From contig OZ024740.1 of NCBI GenBank assembly GCA_964016885.1, forward strand, positions 232,872,001-232,936,000: a stretch of 64,000 bases of DNA, written 5' to 3'. The stretch is from Eledone cirrhosa. Lineage: Eukaryota. Below are positions 1 to 12,549 of this stretch, piece after piece. The notes beneath the pieces are model-generated. The model was not told the DNA's origin, made no database searches, and saw only the letters and a list, made by a program, of their open reading frames with translations. The position numbers were made by a program, and so were the translations under genes. Each line of letters starts with the position of its first letter. Position 1 is the stretch's first letter.

Positions 1-450
1 TACATTTCTCGGTAATATTGGTAGCATAATTGAAGTAGAATATTTTCAAATTTAAATTCTTGTTCTTTGGCATATATTAAAAAGAATTGATAGGTCTTAA
101 AACAATTAGTTGTGTTCTTTAACTGGTGAATTCAGTCTAATTTTGATTTTGATTTTCATCGTTTCCAAGAACAAGAAAATATATAACCATGAACAACTTG
201 ATCAATTATATTGTCTAAATCCTTAGTCTTAAGTTTGAGGCATTGATTCTGTTGTAAATCCTTTTTCTTAAATATGAGGTATTAAAACTGATATAAATCA
301 TTATTAATTACAAGAAAAAGGTTCATATTGAGGGTGGCACCAGGGTTTGGTATATTTAGTTATGCCTTGTTTCAATTCCTATGTCGTACGAGTCGAACAT
401 TAGAGTTGATTAAATGTACTCACTTCACTCTTCTGTGTATCATTATTACG

Positions 451-1076
451 CGGTGGATTGGCAGTATCGGTAGAGGGTCAGACGCCATGCTTTCCAGCAT
501 AGTTACGTCCCTTAACGATCTGAGTTCAAATCCCGCCGAGGTTGACTTTGCCTTTCATCCTTACGGGGTCGATAAAATAAAGTACCAGTAATGCACTGGC
601 TAATTGCTGGCCTTGTGCCTAAAGTAGAAACAATTATTACTAATCTGTATCAAGGAGGTGGTTTGACGGTATCGGCAGAGCGTCGAACAACATGATTCGT
701 GGCATAGAATTACGTCTTTTGTTGCGTTCTGAGTTCAAATCCCACCGATGTTAACTGTGCCTTTCATCCTTACGCGGTCGATAAAATAAAGCACCAGTAA
801 CGTACTGGGGTCGATTTAATAGACTTTCCCCTCCCCCCACCCAAAGTACTGGCCTTGTGCCTATACTAGAAATCATTATTACTAATCTTGGATTGGCAGT
901 ATCGGTAGAGGGTCGGACGCCATGCTTTCCAGCATAGTTACGTCCCTTTATGATCTGAGTTCAAATCCCGCCGAGGTTGACTTTGCCTTTCATCCTTACG
1001 GGGTCGATAAAATAAAGTACCAGTAATGCACTGGATAATTGCTGGCCTTGTGCCTAAAGTAGAAACAATTATTATT
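451..1076 (+). mobile_element. Three head-to-tail tRNA-derived SINE copies (about 451-638, 654-881, 888-1076)
   Basis: Each has an A-box-like TGGCAGTATCGGTAG or variant, a B-box GAGTTCAAATCCC, a Meta/MESC-like core GCCTTTCATCCTTACGGGGTCGATAAAATAAAGTACCAG and a tail AGAAACAATTATTA. Confidence 0.85.
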
Positions 1077-1253
1077 AATCTATATCTAGTTATATTCAAT
1101 TTTCAGAGGTCTATAAGATAGTTAAATAATTGTTAAATAATTGTTTGGACTCAGTTTACTCGATTTCACATCTAACCCATACACGTGTCTATTAAACCTT
1201 GTTGTGTTATCAATAATACCATTATCAAATGAAAGTAGGAAGTTGTGGACTAA

Positions 1254-1703
<450 letters not shown>

Positions 1704-1911
1704 TAAAAAAAAATTGTTTACTATAATATATATTAAATTCACACGCTATCAGTTCACGGTGCGATCGGGCTCCACGCTGGAATCGATAGCCCTTCAGGCT
1801 TGTAATTTTTAAATGACTGATCGTACCTTGAGCTGACCGATTCCGAAGCGCACGTCACGTGGAAATAAAATATGTACATGATGTTGAATTCATACTTCCT
1901 TCACACTTGCT

Positions 1912-1949
<38 letters not shown>

Positions 1950-2003
1950 TCATCATCATCGTTTAATGTTCATCTTCTCACGCTTGCATGGGTTTATATA
2001 TAC

Positions 2004-2034
<31 letters not shown>

Positions 2035-2306
2035 CGATATTAACAAATGGAATCTATATTTATAAAACCATATTTATTTAATTATACATATTTCAAGGGT
2101 ACCAAGTTAAATTATGGTGTGCTTTCATCAGATAAAATATAATATAGAGCAGTTTTATAAATAAATATTGACATACCCTTAAAGAATACAACCTTTACAG
2201 TTGGAAGCTCCAAATACTTGTCGAGTGCTTTATATCAGTTATAAAATTATTTGCTTGGTGTATCCCAACAATTTAAATAGAACTTTTGCATATATATATA
2301 TATAAT

Positions 2307-2581
2307 TGTGATGTGTTGTTTCCTTGAGCAAGACACTTTATTTCACATTGCTCCAGTTTACTCAGCTGTAGAAATGAGATGATAGGGACTGGGGTCCATA
2401 TCATACCACTGCAAAGTGGTCGTGGAGGTGCAACGGGAAAAAAAGCACCCAGCACTCACTGTAAATGAGGTTGGTGTTAGGAAGGGCATCCAGCTGTAGA
2501 AATCAAGCCAGCATCAGTTCCCGTCCCACCCTTGCAAGCAGGGAAAAAGCAGACGTAAAATGAAATGATGATGATGATGAT
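2307..2581 (+). mobile_element. Second SINE family fragment (CORE-like body) with (TGA)n tail
   Basis: TCCTTGAGCAAGACACTTTATTTCAC core-like motif, also seen at 57461-57490. Ends in ATGATGATGATGA. Confidence 0.55.
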
Positions 2582-2607
2582 AATTATTTACGTATCGCCA
2601 ATTATAG

Positions 2608-2716
2608 GTAAACAGACCTTTGGCCATGAAGAAAGATGGTATTCAGACGAGGAAGCGGAAACCGAAGAATCTAGCTAAATCAAAAACTCCGATTAAATCC
2701 GAACCATCCCTCAATG
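2608..2716 (+). CDS. GATA456: GATA4/5/6 (pannier-like) transcription factor, exon encoding the basic tail after the C-terminal zinc finger
   Basis: AG acceptor at 2606-2607, then an open frame [54 protein letters not shown] is the GATA basic region, and TRKRKPK is typical of the 4/5/6 class. GTATGT donor at 2717 (phase 1). The zinc-finger exons must lie upstream of the window. Confidence 0.92.
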
Positions 2717-2733
2717 GTATGTAAGTTGTCCTT

Positions 2734-2970
2734 TTACTGTTGGTGTTTTCTTGTTTTTATATATGAACTCATTTTGAATTCTTATATGTATCACTTAGAA
2801 AATGTTGTCTTTACTGTTGGTGTTTTCTTGTTTTTATATATGAACTCATTTTGAATTCTTATATGTATCACTTAGAAAATGTTGTCTTTACTGTTGGTGT
2901 TTTCTTGTTTTTATATATGAACTCATTTTGAATTCTTATATGTATCACTTAAAAAATTTTGTCTTTACTG
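2734..2970. repeat. 77-bp tandem repeat, about 3 copies, just inside the GATA intron
   Basis: TTACTGTTGG starts at 2734, 2811 and 2888; units are near-identical. Confidence 0.9.
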
Positions 2971-3177
2971 TCACGGGGACATTGAAATTCAATGATGCAT
3001 GAATTGGTGGGGATGCTGGACTTCAACTCCGACACATTGCAAGTTTCTATGCTACATCACATCCATCTGACCAGCCTATGCCAAATATAAAACTGTGCGA
3101 AAATAATGATGCTCTAAAACAAAATGTCTTAACTAATAATATTCTAAGTATGATATATATGTATGATAACTAATAAT

Positions 3178-3368
3178 ATTTGTTTCTACTTTTGGCACAA
3201 GGCCAGTAATTACCCAGTGCATTACTGGTACTTTATTTTATCGACCCCGTAAGGATGAAAGGCAAAGTTAACCTCGGCGGGATTTGAACTCAGAATGGCA
3301 AAGACCGTAACTCTATGCGTCAAAGCATGGCGCCCGACCCTCTACCGACACTGCCAATCCACCGCCCT
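3178..3368 (-). mobile_element. SINE copy inside the minisatellite
   Basis: Reverse complement of the main SINE, flanked by ATGATAACTAATAATATT on both sides. Confidence 0.85.
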
Positions 3369-3756
3369 AAATGATAACTAATAATATTCTAAGTATGATA
3401 TATATGTATGATAACTAATAATATTCTAAGTATGATATATATGTATGATAACTAATAATATTCTAAGTATGATATATATGTATGATAACTAATAATATTC
3501 TAAGTATGATATATATGTATGATAACTAATAATATTCTAAGTATGATATATATGTATGATAACTAATAATATTCTAAGTATGATATATATGTATGATAAC
3601 TAATAATATTCTAAGTATGATATATATGTATGATAACTAATAATATTCTAAGTATGATATATATGTATGATAACTAATAATATTCTAAGTATGATATATA
3701 TGTATGATAACTAATAATATTCTAAGTATGATATATATGTATGATAACTAATAATA

Positions 3757-3946
3757 TTTGTTTCTACTTTTGGCACAAGGCCAGTAATTACCCAGTGCAT
3801 TACTGGTACTTTATTTTATCGACCCCGTAAGGATGAAAGGCAAAGTTAACCTCGGCGGGATTTGAACTCAGAATGGCAAGGACCGTAACTCTATGCGTCA
3901 AAGCATGGCGCCCGACCCTCTACCGACACTGCCAATCCACCGCCCT
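3757..3946 (-). mobile_element. SINE copy, near-identical duplicate of 3178-3368
   Basis: Same sequence and same junctions as 3178-3368. Confidence 0.85.
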
Positions 3947-4337
3947 AAATGATAACTAATAATATTCTAAGTATGATATATATGTATGATAACTAATAAT
4001 ATTCTAAGTATGATATATATGTATGATAACTAATAATATTCTAAGTATGATATATATGTATGATAACTAATAATATTCTAAGTATGATATATATGTATGA
4101 TAACTAATAATATTCTAAGTATGATATATATGTATGATAACTAATAATATTCTAAGTATGATATATATGTATGCAGGTACACTAATAATATACTAAGTAT
4201 GATATATATGTATGCAGGTACATCTCTCACTCATCAGCGGTTCCCCAACTACAAGATTAATGTATTCGGTTAAGTCTCCTATTTTCAATGGTAAGATGAG
4301 ATGAGCTTGATGCACTATACCGTCCTCTGTTCTTTAG

Positions 4338-4969
4338 GAATGGACAGAAACTGGATGATTAAGGGAAATGAATGGACAGAAACTGGAGGATTAAGGGAAA
4401 TGAATGGACAGAAACTGGATGATTAAGGGAAATGAATGGACAGAAACTGGATGATTAAGGGAAATGAATGGACAGAAACTGGATGATTATGGGAAATGAA
4501 TGGACAGAAACTGGATGATTAAGGGAAATGAATGGACAGAAACTGGATGATTATGGGAAATGAATGGACAGAAACTGGATGATTATGGGAAATGAATGGA
4601 CAGAAACTGGATGATTAAGGGAAATGAATGGACAGAAACTGGATGATTATGGGAAATGAATGGACAGAAACTGGATGATTAAGGGAAATGAATGGACAGA
4701 AACTGGATGATTATGGGAAATGAATGGACAGAAACTGGATGATTATGGGAAATGAATGGACAGAAACTGGATGATTAAGGGAAATGAATGGACAGAAACT
4801 GGATGATTAAGGGAAATGAATGGACAGAAACTGGATGATTATGGGAAATGAATGGACAGAAACTGGAGGATTAAGGGAAATTAATGAACAGAAACTGGAT
4901 GATTATGGGCTGTGAATGAACAGAAACTTGATGATTAAGGGCTGTGAATGAAACTGGATGATTAAGGGC
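4338..4969. repeat. 32-bp minisatellite (GAATGGACAGAAACTGGATGATTA[A/T]GGGAAAT), about 19 copies
   Basis: Period 32, with A/T variant units interleaved and decay at the right end. No spacers. Confidence 0.92.
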
Positions 4970-5405
4970 AGTTTTTGTAGCAGAGCATTTAAAATCCAAA
5001 ATTTAAGAAAGCCACGAAGAGGAAATTTTATTTATTTATACATCTCTACAAACATTTCAACGCGGCTAGAATATCACATCCATTTGCTGAGAAACTAGAG
5101 ATTACCAGTTAACAAATAACTCCATTATGGGTGTTTTATCCTAACCGTATCTCTTCAGGAAATATATAGAACAAAATAACAATAAATGAACACCATAAGA
5201 CAAATATCAAGAAAATGAGAGGATTCAAAATATGGAGAATTAAGCAGGCAGATAAAACCTCCAGGGCAAATTTAGCAGAAACGTGTAGAAGGTTTTCAAG
5301 CATGCAAAGTTATACATTTATCAATGCTTTTTTTTTTTCAGAATAAATATGTTATAATTAGGAATTGGCTCCATCGGGGTTTGTTAAACATTTTCCCCTA
5401 CAAAG

Positions 5406-6037
5406 TTAGGGCAGTATGTTCAGTTATTTATCAGAAAGATTTTAAAAAGTTCAGTAGATATTTTAGTTAGTTCATGTCCTATGCAGGTATAGAAGAAAAA
5501 TAATGTGTGGAGTTAAGAATATTCTCACACAGAATATTCTCACACAGAATATTCTCACACATATATATAAGATATGTATATATTTACCTATTATTTTTCT
5601 AATCAGGTGCTAAAGTAAATTTGTATTGGAAACATTTTAAATGGAGTGTTTTCATTTCTAGTTCAACATATCATTATCAGTTTGTTTATGTCCCTTGTCT
5701 AAAAACTTTTACTTACTATGTGTCTCATATTTTTATAATCATTTATATATTGTTTTTTACTTATTATTTTATGGAACATATATGAAAGACTAATGTTTTT
5801 TTGATTTAGGACATATTTAAGCAGTTTTAAACTAAATATGTAACGCTTCCAATACAAATTTAACTTTAGAACCTGATTAGAAAAATAATAGGTAACTCTA
5901 TACGTATTTTATATATACATATGTGTGAATATTCTCAACTCCACATATATTATAATTTTTCTACTATACTTGCGTAGGACAAAATCTTAGATATTTTCAA
6001 ATCTTTCTAATATAAATAACTGAACATATTGCCCTAA
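5406..6037. mobile_element. Foldback/MITE-like element with long degenerate inverted repeats
   Basis: TTAGGGCAGTATGTTCAGTTATTTAT pairs with ATAAATAACTGAACATATTGCCCTAA; ACCTATTATTTTTCTAATCAGGT pairs with ACCTGATTAGAAAAATAATAGGT. Related sequence at about 17065-17220. Confidence 0.65.
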
Positions 6038-7010
6038 TGTTCAACTCACAAAACTCACAAATTCCGATACTTATATATTTTTATGCAGTTAAACATACAG
6101 AAAAAGAGAGCAGTATTGGAAATGACTCCAAATGCCATAAATTAGAAGGGGGAGGGGCAAGAAGCATTAGACAAAGGCAGGGGGGGGGGGGCTAACATCT
6201 AGTTAAGAGCGGTGATTCAGGTTCGTCCCGCGGACAAAAGGGCAATGGCATTTCCGCGGACAATGGCCAGGGACACACGCTGCAACAGCCACCCTACCAA
6301 CACGAGGCTCCTTCCTCGGGCGGGATGCTATCGATCCGATTTTACGGAGTGTGTCAGGTGTCCGGTGTTCGAGGACGCCTGAGGTCTCAACGACGACCGG
6401 TACAAAGAAGAAGCCACAGGAGAAGCTCCGTTAATTGCTTCTTTTCTAGCCCTCTGCATTGCAACCTTGGTACCGGGATTTGTGGACCAGGTGACGAAGC
6501 TGAAGGCGGAGAACGTGTCACAGTATATTGCTTCTCAAATGATGAATTTACCTCCTTCGAAAGGGAAGAGAGTAATTTCCACGAGGTGCTTGGCATCACT
6601 CCGCTCAAAGTATATTGGTTCTGCTTCAAGGCTCCTTCTCATTATGCCGTTGAGTGTAACATATTGGAGGAACCGGCCTGTTCTCTGGTGGCATGAACAT
6701 AATATATAATACCAACCTATATATAATACCAATAATATTTTGCTAGTTCAATATTGTAAAATATTTAATGCGGTACTCTAATTTAAGTCAACCGATCATA
6801 TTCTGCAAATAAGAAAAGATTGAGGCATAGTAAACCTAGATAACAAAATTTACGAAGTATATCTATGATATCTGTTTAAATATGGTGGAAAGAAAGCTTA
6901 CAGTTAAAAACAGTAAATACTGTTGTTTATTTATGCTGACCCCTTTTTTATTATATCATTTCTGTTATGTAAATTTGATTTCATTTCTTTTTTATCTTTT
7001 AAAAACATAT

Positions 7011-7080
<70 letters not shown>

Positions 7081-8010
7081 CATACATGCATATACAAGAA
7101 TACTTAGATAGAAAGCAAGAGTTAACTCTGAAAGCTATAGGACTAGCTGGCATATGGGTGTATTCATGTGTATATTTACGTGTGTGTCTGTGTGTTTGTA
7201 TATATCCCTATATGCGAGGTCTCTATCCGTACCCATTTCTTAATGTGTTTGTATGTCTATCTCTCTTTCTATATCTATATACTTTATATGTATTTGTCTA
7301 TGAGTTTGTATGTGTATTTCAGTACTTTGCCCACGGGTTCGGACGCTTATTTGTGTTTCTTTGCATATGAGATACCCTGTATATATACCTATTTGTCAAT
7401 GAGTTTGTATGCTTGTTTCTGTGTCAGTCCGTGTGTTTATGTGTTTATTTGTGTGTAATTGTATATATGTTGATCTTTATATGTAACTATTTGTCTCTCT
7501 TTGCGCATGTTTATGTCGATATATATGTGTATGTATCTACTTGTTGGTGTTTGCATGTGTTTGTATAGTATTAAAGTTCCTGGCTATGTAAAATAAGTGA
7601 TAGAGTATATAGTAAAAAGTAAAAGCTAGCTGGGTGGGAGATGGGTGGTCCGTATGTAAGTCTATAGGGGTATGTACAGACTATAAGAGTATATAGAGAC
7701 TAATTAGGACTCCATTTACCAATTCTTTGTTGTTGTAATTGTTATTGTTGTTCTGGGCTTGTATTATTGTTTTATAAAAGAGTATATCTCTGTGGTGTTA
7801 TTTTTAGAGTGGTGGATTCGTGGTGGTGAGCGTTTTAACCAGAGAGGTGGTGGAAGTGTGTGAGATGGGAATAACGTAGGTGGTGGTAGTGGTGGTGGTG
7901 GTGTTGGTGGTGGTTATTATTGTAATAGTAGATGTGTTTTCACCTTTTATGTTTAAATTGTGTGTATGTCTGTGTGTTTATACACGCGCGCGCGCATATA
8001 AATATATGCA

Positions 8011-8065
<55 letters not shown>

Positions 8066-8135
8066 CACATATATATATCCATATATATATATATATACAT
8101 ATATATACACACAAACACACACATATATATATATG

Positions 8136-8183
<48 letters not shown>

Positions 8184-8194
8184 TAATAATACAC

Positions 8195-8235
<41 letters not shown>

Positions 8236-8569
8236 CATGCAAAATTATTTATATATATATATATATATATACGTATATATTGTGTATATGTATGTGTGCG
8301 TGCGTACGTATGTATAATATACACATGATTTCATACATATACAGCCATTTTATACACGCATACGCGTGTGTGTTTATTATGAGTGTATACATATGTATTA
8401 TTCTATTTTCTATTTTATTTAATGCATCAGTGGATGAACTCCTTACATTCGAGATAAGAAACCAATGGGTTGTACGTGTGTATGTGTATGTGTATGTGCA
8501 CACACACATACACATGCACGCACCCTGACAAACACACACACACACATACACATGCACGCACCCTGACAA

Positions 8570-8610
<41 letters not shown>

Positions 8611-8691
8611 CACACACACATATATATATATATATTTATATATATATATATATATATATATACGCACATATATATATATATATACATATAT

Positions 8692-8781
<90 letters not shown>

Positions 8782-8820
8782 GCACATATATATATATATA
8801 CATATATACACACATATATG

Positions 8821-8852
<32 letters not shown>

Positions 8853-8955
8853 TATATATATACATATATACACACACATATGTATACATATATACATATA
8901 TATATACAGTCAGACACACACATATATATATATATATATATACACATATATATAT

Positions 8956-8995
<40 letters not shown>

Positions 8996-8996
8996 G

Positions 8997-9078
<82 letters not shown>

Positions 9079-9282
9079 GGGAGAGTGTGATGGACAGAAT
9101 TGAGGGACAGAGGGATATGTGGGAGAAAGAGCGCGAGAAAAAGTTATGTGTGAGGTTTATCTTTGCCAACAGACCTGGTAGAGGCCCTGGCAACAGTTAA
9201 TTTGTACTATCTGCTCAAGTCTTATCTAAACAAATCCTATATAACAGTATTGAGTGTAAATTATTCTAAAACCCACAGCCCC

Positions 9283-9342
<60 letters not shown>

Positions 9343-9663
9343 CCGCTCTCTCTCTCTCTGTTTAGGTACCAGTGTTCAATGATAGGTAGACTAGTTGGTA
9401 AGCAGAGGTAGATTTCTTTTTTCTAGGGTGTGTTGGTTGGAAGCGGGTGGGAGAACCCACCACTGTCTCAATACACTGTCTGTATGTGGGTATGGTATTG
9501 AGCAGTATGTGTAGTAATCTATATTATGTGCCTCCATGTGTGTGTTTTGCCAGTCAGTGATGAAATGTTCGTTTCTTATTTGGTTGCTATCTATTGCTCT
9601 CTCCCTCCTCTCTATCTCTCTGTCTCCTACATATACACATACGCAAATAAACACACACATTCA

Positions 9664-9701
<38 letters not shown>

Positions 9702-9869
9702 TATATATATATATATATATGAATTAGCCGTCGAAACGGCTTGAGCTCAGCCGTCGGGGTCTTACTGGTTCCTATTACCCACTCTACTACCCTAAGTATT
9801 GAGTACTTTGGTGCGTTATGGTCCACCTGGTTCCTTACCACGTTTCCTTCGTTATATATATATATATAT

Positions 9870-9932
<63 letters not shown>

Positions 9933-10074
9933 AACCAGTAAGACCCCGACAGCTGAGCTCAAGCCGTTTCGACGGCTAATTCTGGACGCGGGTGAGAGAA
10001 TTAGCCGTCCAGAACTAAGTATTGAGTACTTTGGTGCGTTATGGTCCACCTGGTTCCTTACCACATTTCCTTCG

Positions 10075-10110
<36 letters not shown>

Positions 10111-10270
10111 CTTGCTGAACGACACACAAGCTGAAACCGCTTGGCGCCGCGGTCGGGATTCTATCTATCCCTTCTATGTATGTATGTGTATGTATAATAT
10201 ATATGTATGTGTATGTGTGTGTGTGTGTATATATATATGTATGTACATATTGTATATATAGATATATGTA

Positions 10271-10316
<46 letters not shown>

Positions 10317-10643
10317 ATATATATATATTGCTGTGTATGTGTGTGGCAGATGAGTGCTTCATTGAAAACCGATAACGGGTTTGAATGTTGTAAAAGGGGT
10401 TTAGATTATGTTGCCAATGTGTGTTGCGTGTATGTGTTTGAGAGAGAGAGAGAGAAAAAAAGCGTAGTCCCCGAACTCTAGTTTCGGCCACACTTAATGC
10501 AGCAGTAGGTTGCACTGCACCCTCTGTTTGCATATATTATGCAATAATGCTTAATCGGCCCATTCAATAACCAATCGATCGACAGAATGCCGGCTATGAC
10601 TGCTTGTGACGGCCGACACAGTAAAGTGATTAGCAACTGGAAT

Positions 10644-10681
<38 letters not shown>

Positions 10682-10729
10682 TATAGATAGGTAAATTTAC
10701 ACGGGTGTGTATGATTGTGTATAGAAGAT

Positions 10730-11120
10730 TATATTAATAAGAGGAATTCCAACTTTGTCTGATTTACTCGTTTTATTTACAATCCTTTAAAATATATAAT
10801 GGTATTATAATGAAATTGTATGATAGAATATTAAATTCTAAGTGTTAATTGAACAAGTACTTTCATGCTTTCGCAATCTTCAGGTTCATAATATGTGGTG
10901 ACAGTCGAGTTTGCAATTTTCAACTGTTGAAAATTGCAAACTCGACTGTCACCACATATTATGAACCTGAAGATTGCGAAAGCATGAAAGTACTTGTTCA
11001 ATTAACACTTAGAATTTAATATTCTATCATACAATTTCATTATAATACCATTATATATTTTAAAGGATTGTAAATAAAACGAGTAAATCAGACAAAGTTG
11101 GAATTCCTCTTATTAATATA
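10730..11120. repeat. Apparently perfect 391-bp palindrome (195-bp arms, 1-nt centre at 10925), Penelope-like inverted end
   Basis: The arms are reverse complements as read; (TA)n lies nearby on both sides. Confidence 0.9.
10962..11000 (+). ncRNA. Minimal type I hammerhead ribozyme motif
   Basis: Stem I TGAAC/GTTCA; core CTGAAGA 10967-10973; stem II TGC-GAAA-GCA (U-U closing pair); GAAA 10986-10989; palindromic stem III AGTACT; predicted cleavage after 10995. A mirror copy lies on the - strand in the left arm. Confidence 0.6.
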
Positions 11121-12076
11121 TATATATATATATATATAGACACAAACACAACCTTTAATAATAGAATTGTGGTTAAAACTTATGAGTAGTGAGGAAATCT
11201 TTTGCATATAATATTCTTCCAGCACTAGTTACTCTATTCTGAACAGTATGTTTAGATGTTTTCACCCACCACGAAAAGTAGCTTTATTCTGTTGTCAACC
11301 ACTGGACAGCTTGCATTCATACCCATATAGTCTTCAAGAATTTTACTTACCCATTTTATCTTCTATCTGGTATATTATTGGTCAGTATTTGTTGTATTAC
11401 TAAGTTAGCGCAGCTTAAACTAGAATGCCATTTTTAAACGCTATAATCACTAACAGGAACACTGATAGATAGATGCAAACAACAAGTCAATCACATACAC
11501 TCACACCTTTATAGACACGCACATACACACGCACGTACGCGCATACACACACAATTACGACAAGTCGTAACATATTTTACGCCCGCGAAAATCCGCTTAT
11601 ATGTTACAGGGGACATGGAGCCATAGTTTAGTTGAATTAAATCAGGAAAGCATAATGTTCGCAGTTTGCTTCTTAACTACACAGGCAGACATGCTTTTAT
11701 ATATGGATGCTAAGGACATTTCAGCCACCTGAATTGTTCTATTGATTCCACCAACTTCAATCCTCCTTTCTACATTTGTTTCAATATAAATAATCCTTTT
11801 TATTATATCAACATCCCTTTTCGGTTTATGTTGTTGCTGTTTAGCTCGAAGTCGGCCCTGATTGAACGGACATAAACTCAAAAGCTTTCCATTCGCATGT
11901 GGTCTCATATTACATTGTCTATTCTTTCTTTCCCTTTTTTGAAGTCGGTAGTGTGTAATTTCAGGGAGACGCGGTTGTTGTTTCTAGTAGATCAATCGAT
12001 AGCGTAAAAACGCTTTTGATCGTTCGATGTTTGTGATTTGTACCACTAAATCATATTCTATTCCTCCATTTTGCAG

Positions 12077-12549
12077 ATGTGAAGAACTCAGCCAGTCCTA
12101 CCATACATGGACACAGCCAACACAGTCCAATTACAACCAATCTAAATAATGGTACAGTGGTGTCAAGCCTTGGACTTACTCCGAATTCGATTGTTTCTCA
12201 TTCAAAATCATCTGCACTGACACCAAGTCCGTCAACGTCAAGTCCTAACATGGGCAGCCCAGTTAACATGTCGGCAGCCACTGTTCATGTATATACACCG
12301 TCACCTGGTAAGCCTATGCCGTCGCTTGCTCTAGAGCGGGATTCGTCACCAATCAACAACAATCATAATAGCAGCACCAACAATAACAACAGCAATGGCC
12401 ACCACAATGGACAGCCGTCACAACCACATCATCATCATCACCATCATCATCACCACCAACATCATCAGCAGCATCAGCAAGGAATGGGTTTGGGCATTTC
12501 GGTATCAGAGCCATCACCACTGACAGCCTTGTCGGTTGGTGGAAATTAA
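12077..12549 (+). CDS. GATA456: Terminal coding exon of the GATA4/5/6 gene (Ser/Pro/Thr-rich, poly-Asn, poly-His/Gln tail)
   Basis: Pyrimidine tract plus TTGCAG acceptor ending at 12076. G(2716)+AT gives GAT (Asp), in frame with ORF 12079-12549 (VKNSASP...HHHHHHHHHHQHHQQHQQG...LSVGGN*). The low-complexity composition is typical of TF tails. Linkage to the upstream exon is inferred from phase; intervening exons are not excluded. Confidence 0.8.

Larger units (their letters stand above)
3131..4220. repeat. 37-bp minisatellite (AACTAATAATATTCTAAGTATGATATATATGTATGAT) interrupted by two SINE copies
   Basis: Period 37 is directly visible; roughly 18 units. Confidence 0.92.

Noticed and set aside
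328-591. Recurrent ORF WIGSIGRGSDAMLSS (also 27188 and 36633)
   Set aside because: Chance translation of the SINE.
4338-4969. 32-bp repeat array as CRISPR or coding repeat
   Set aside because: The units are contiguous with no spacers, the context is eukaryotic, the period is not a multiple of 3 and there is no ORF.
7880-9200. Long YI/VC/HT-rich ORFs here and at 43112-46093, 47401-47856 and 55972-59637
   Set aside because: These are translations of (TA)n/(CA)n/(GA)n microsatellites, which lack stop codons.
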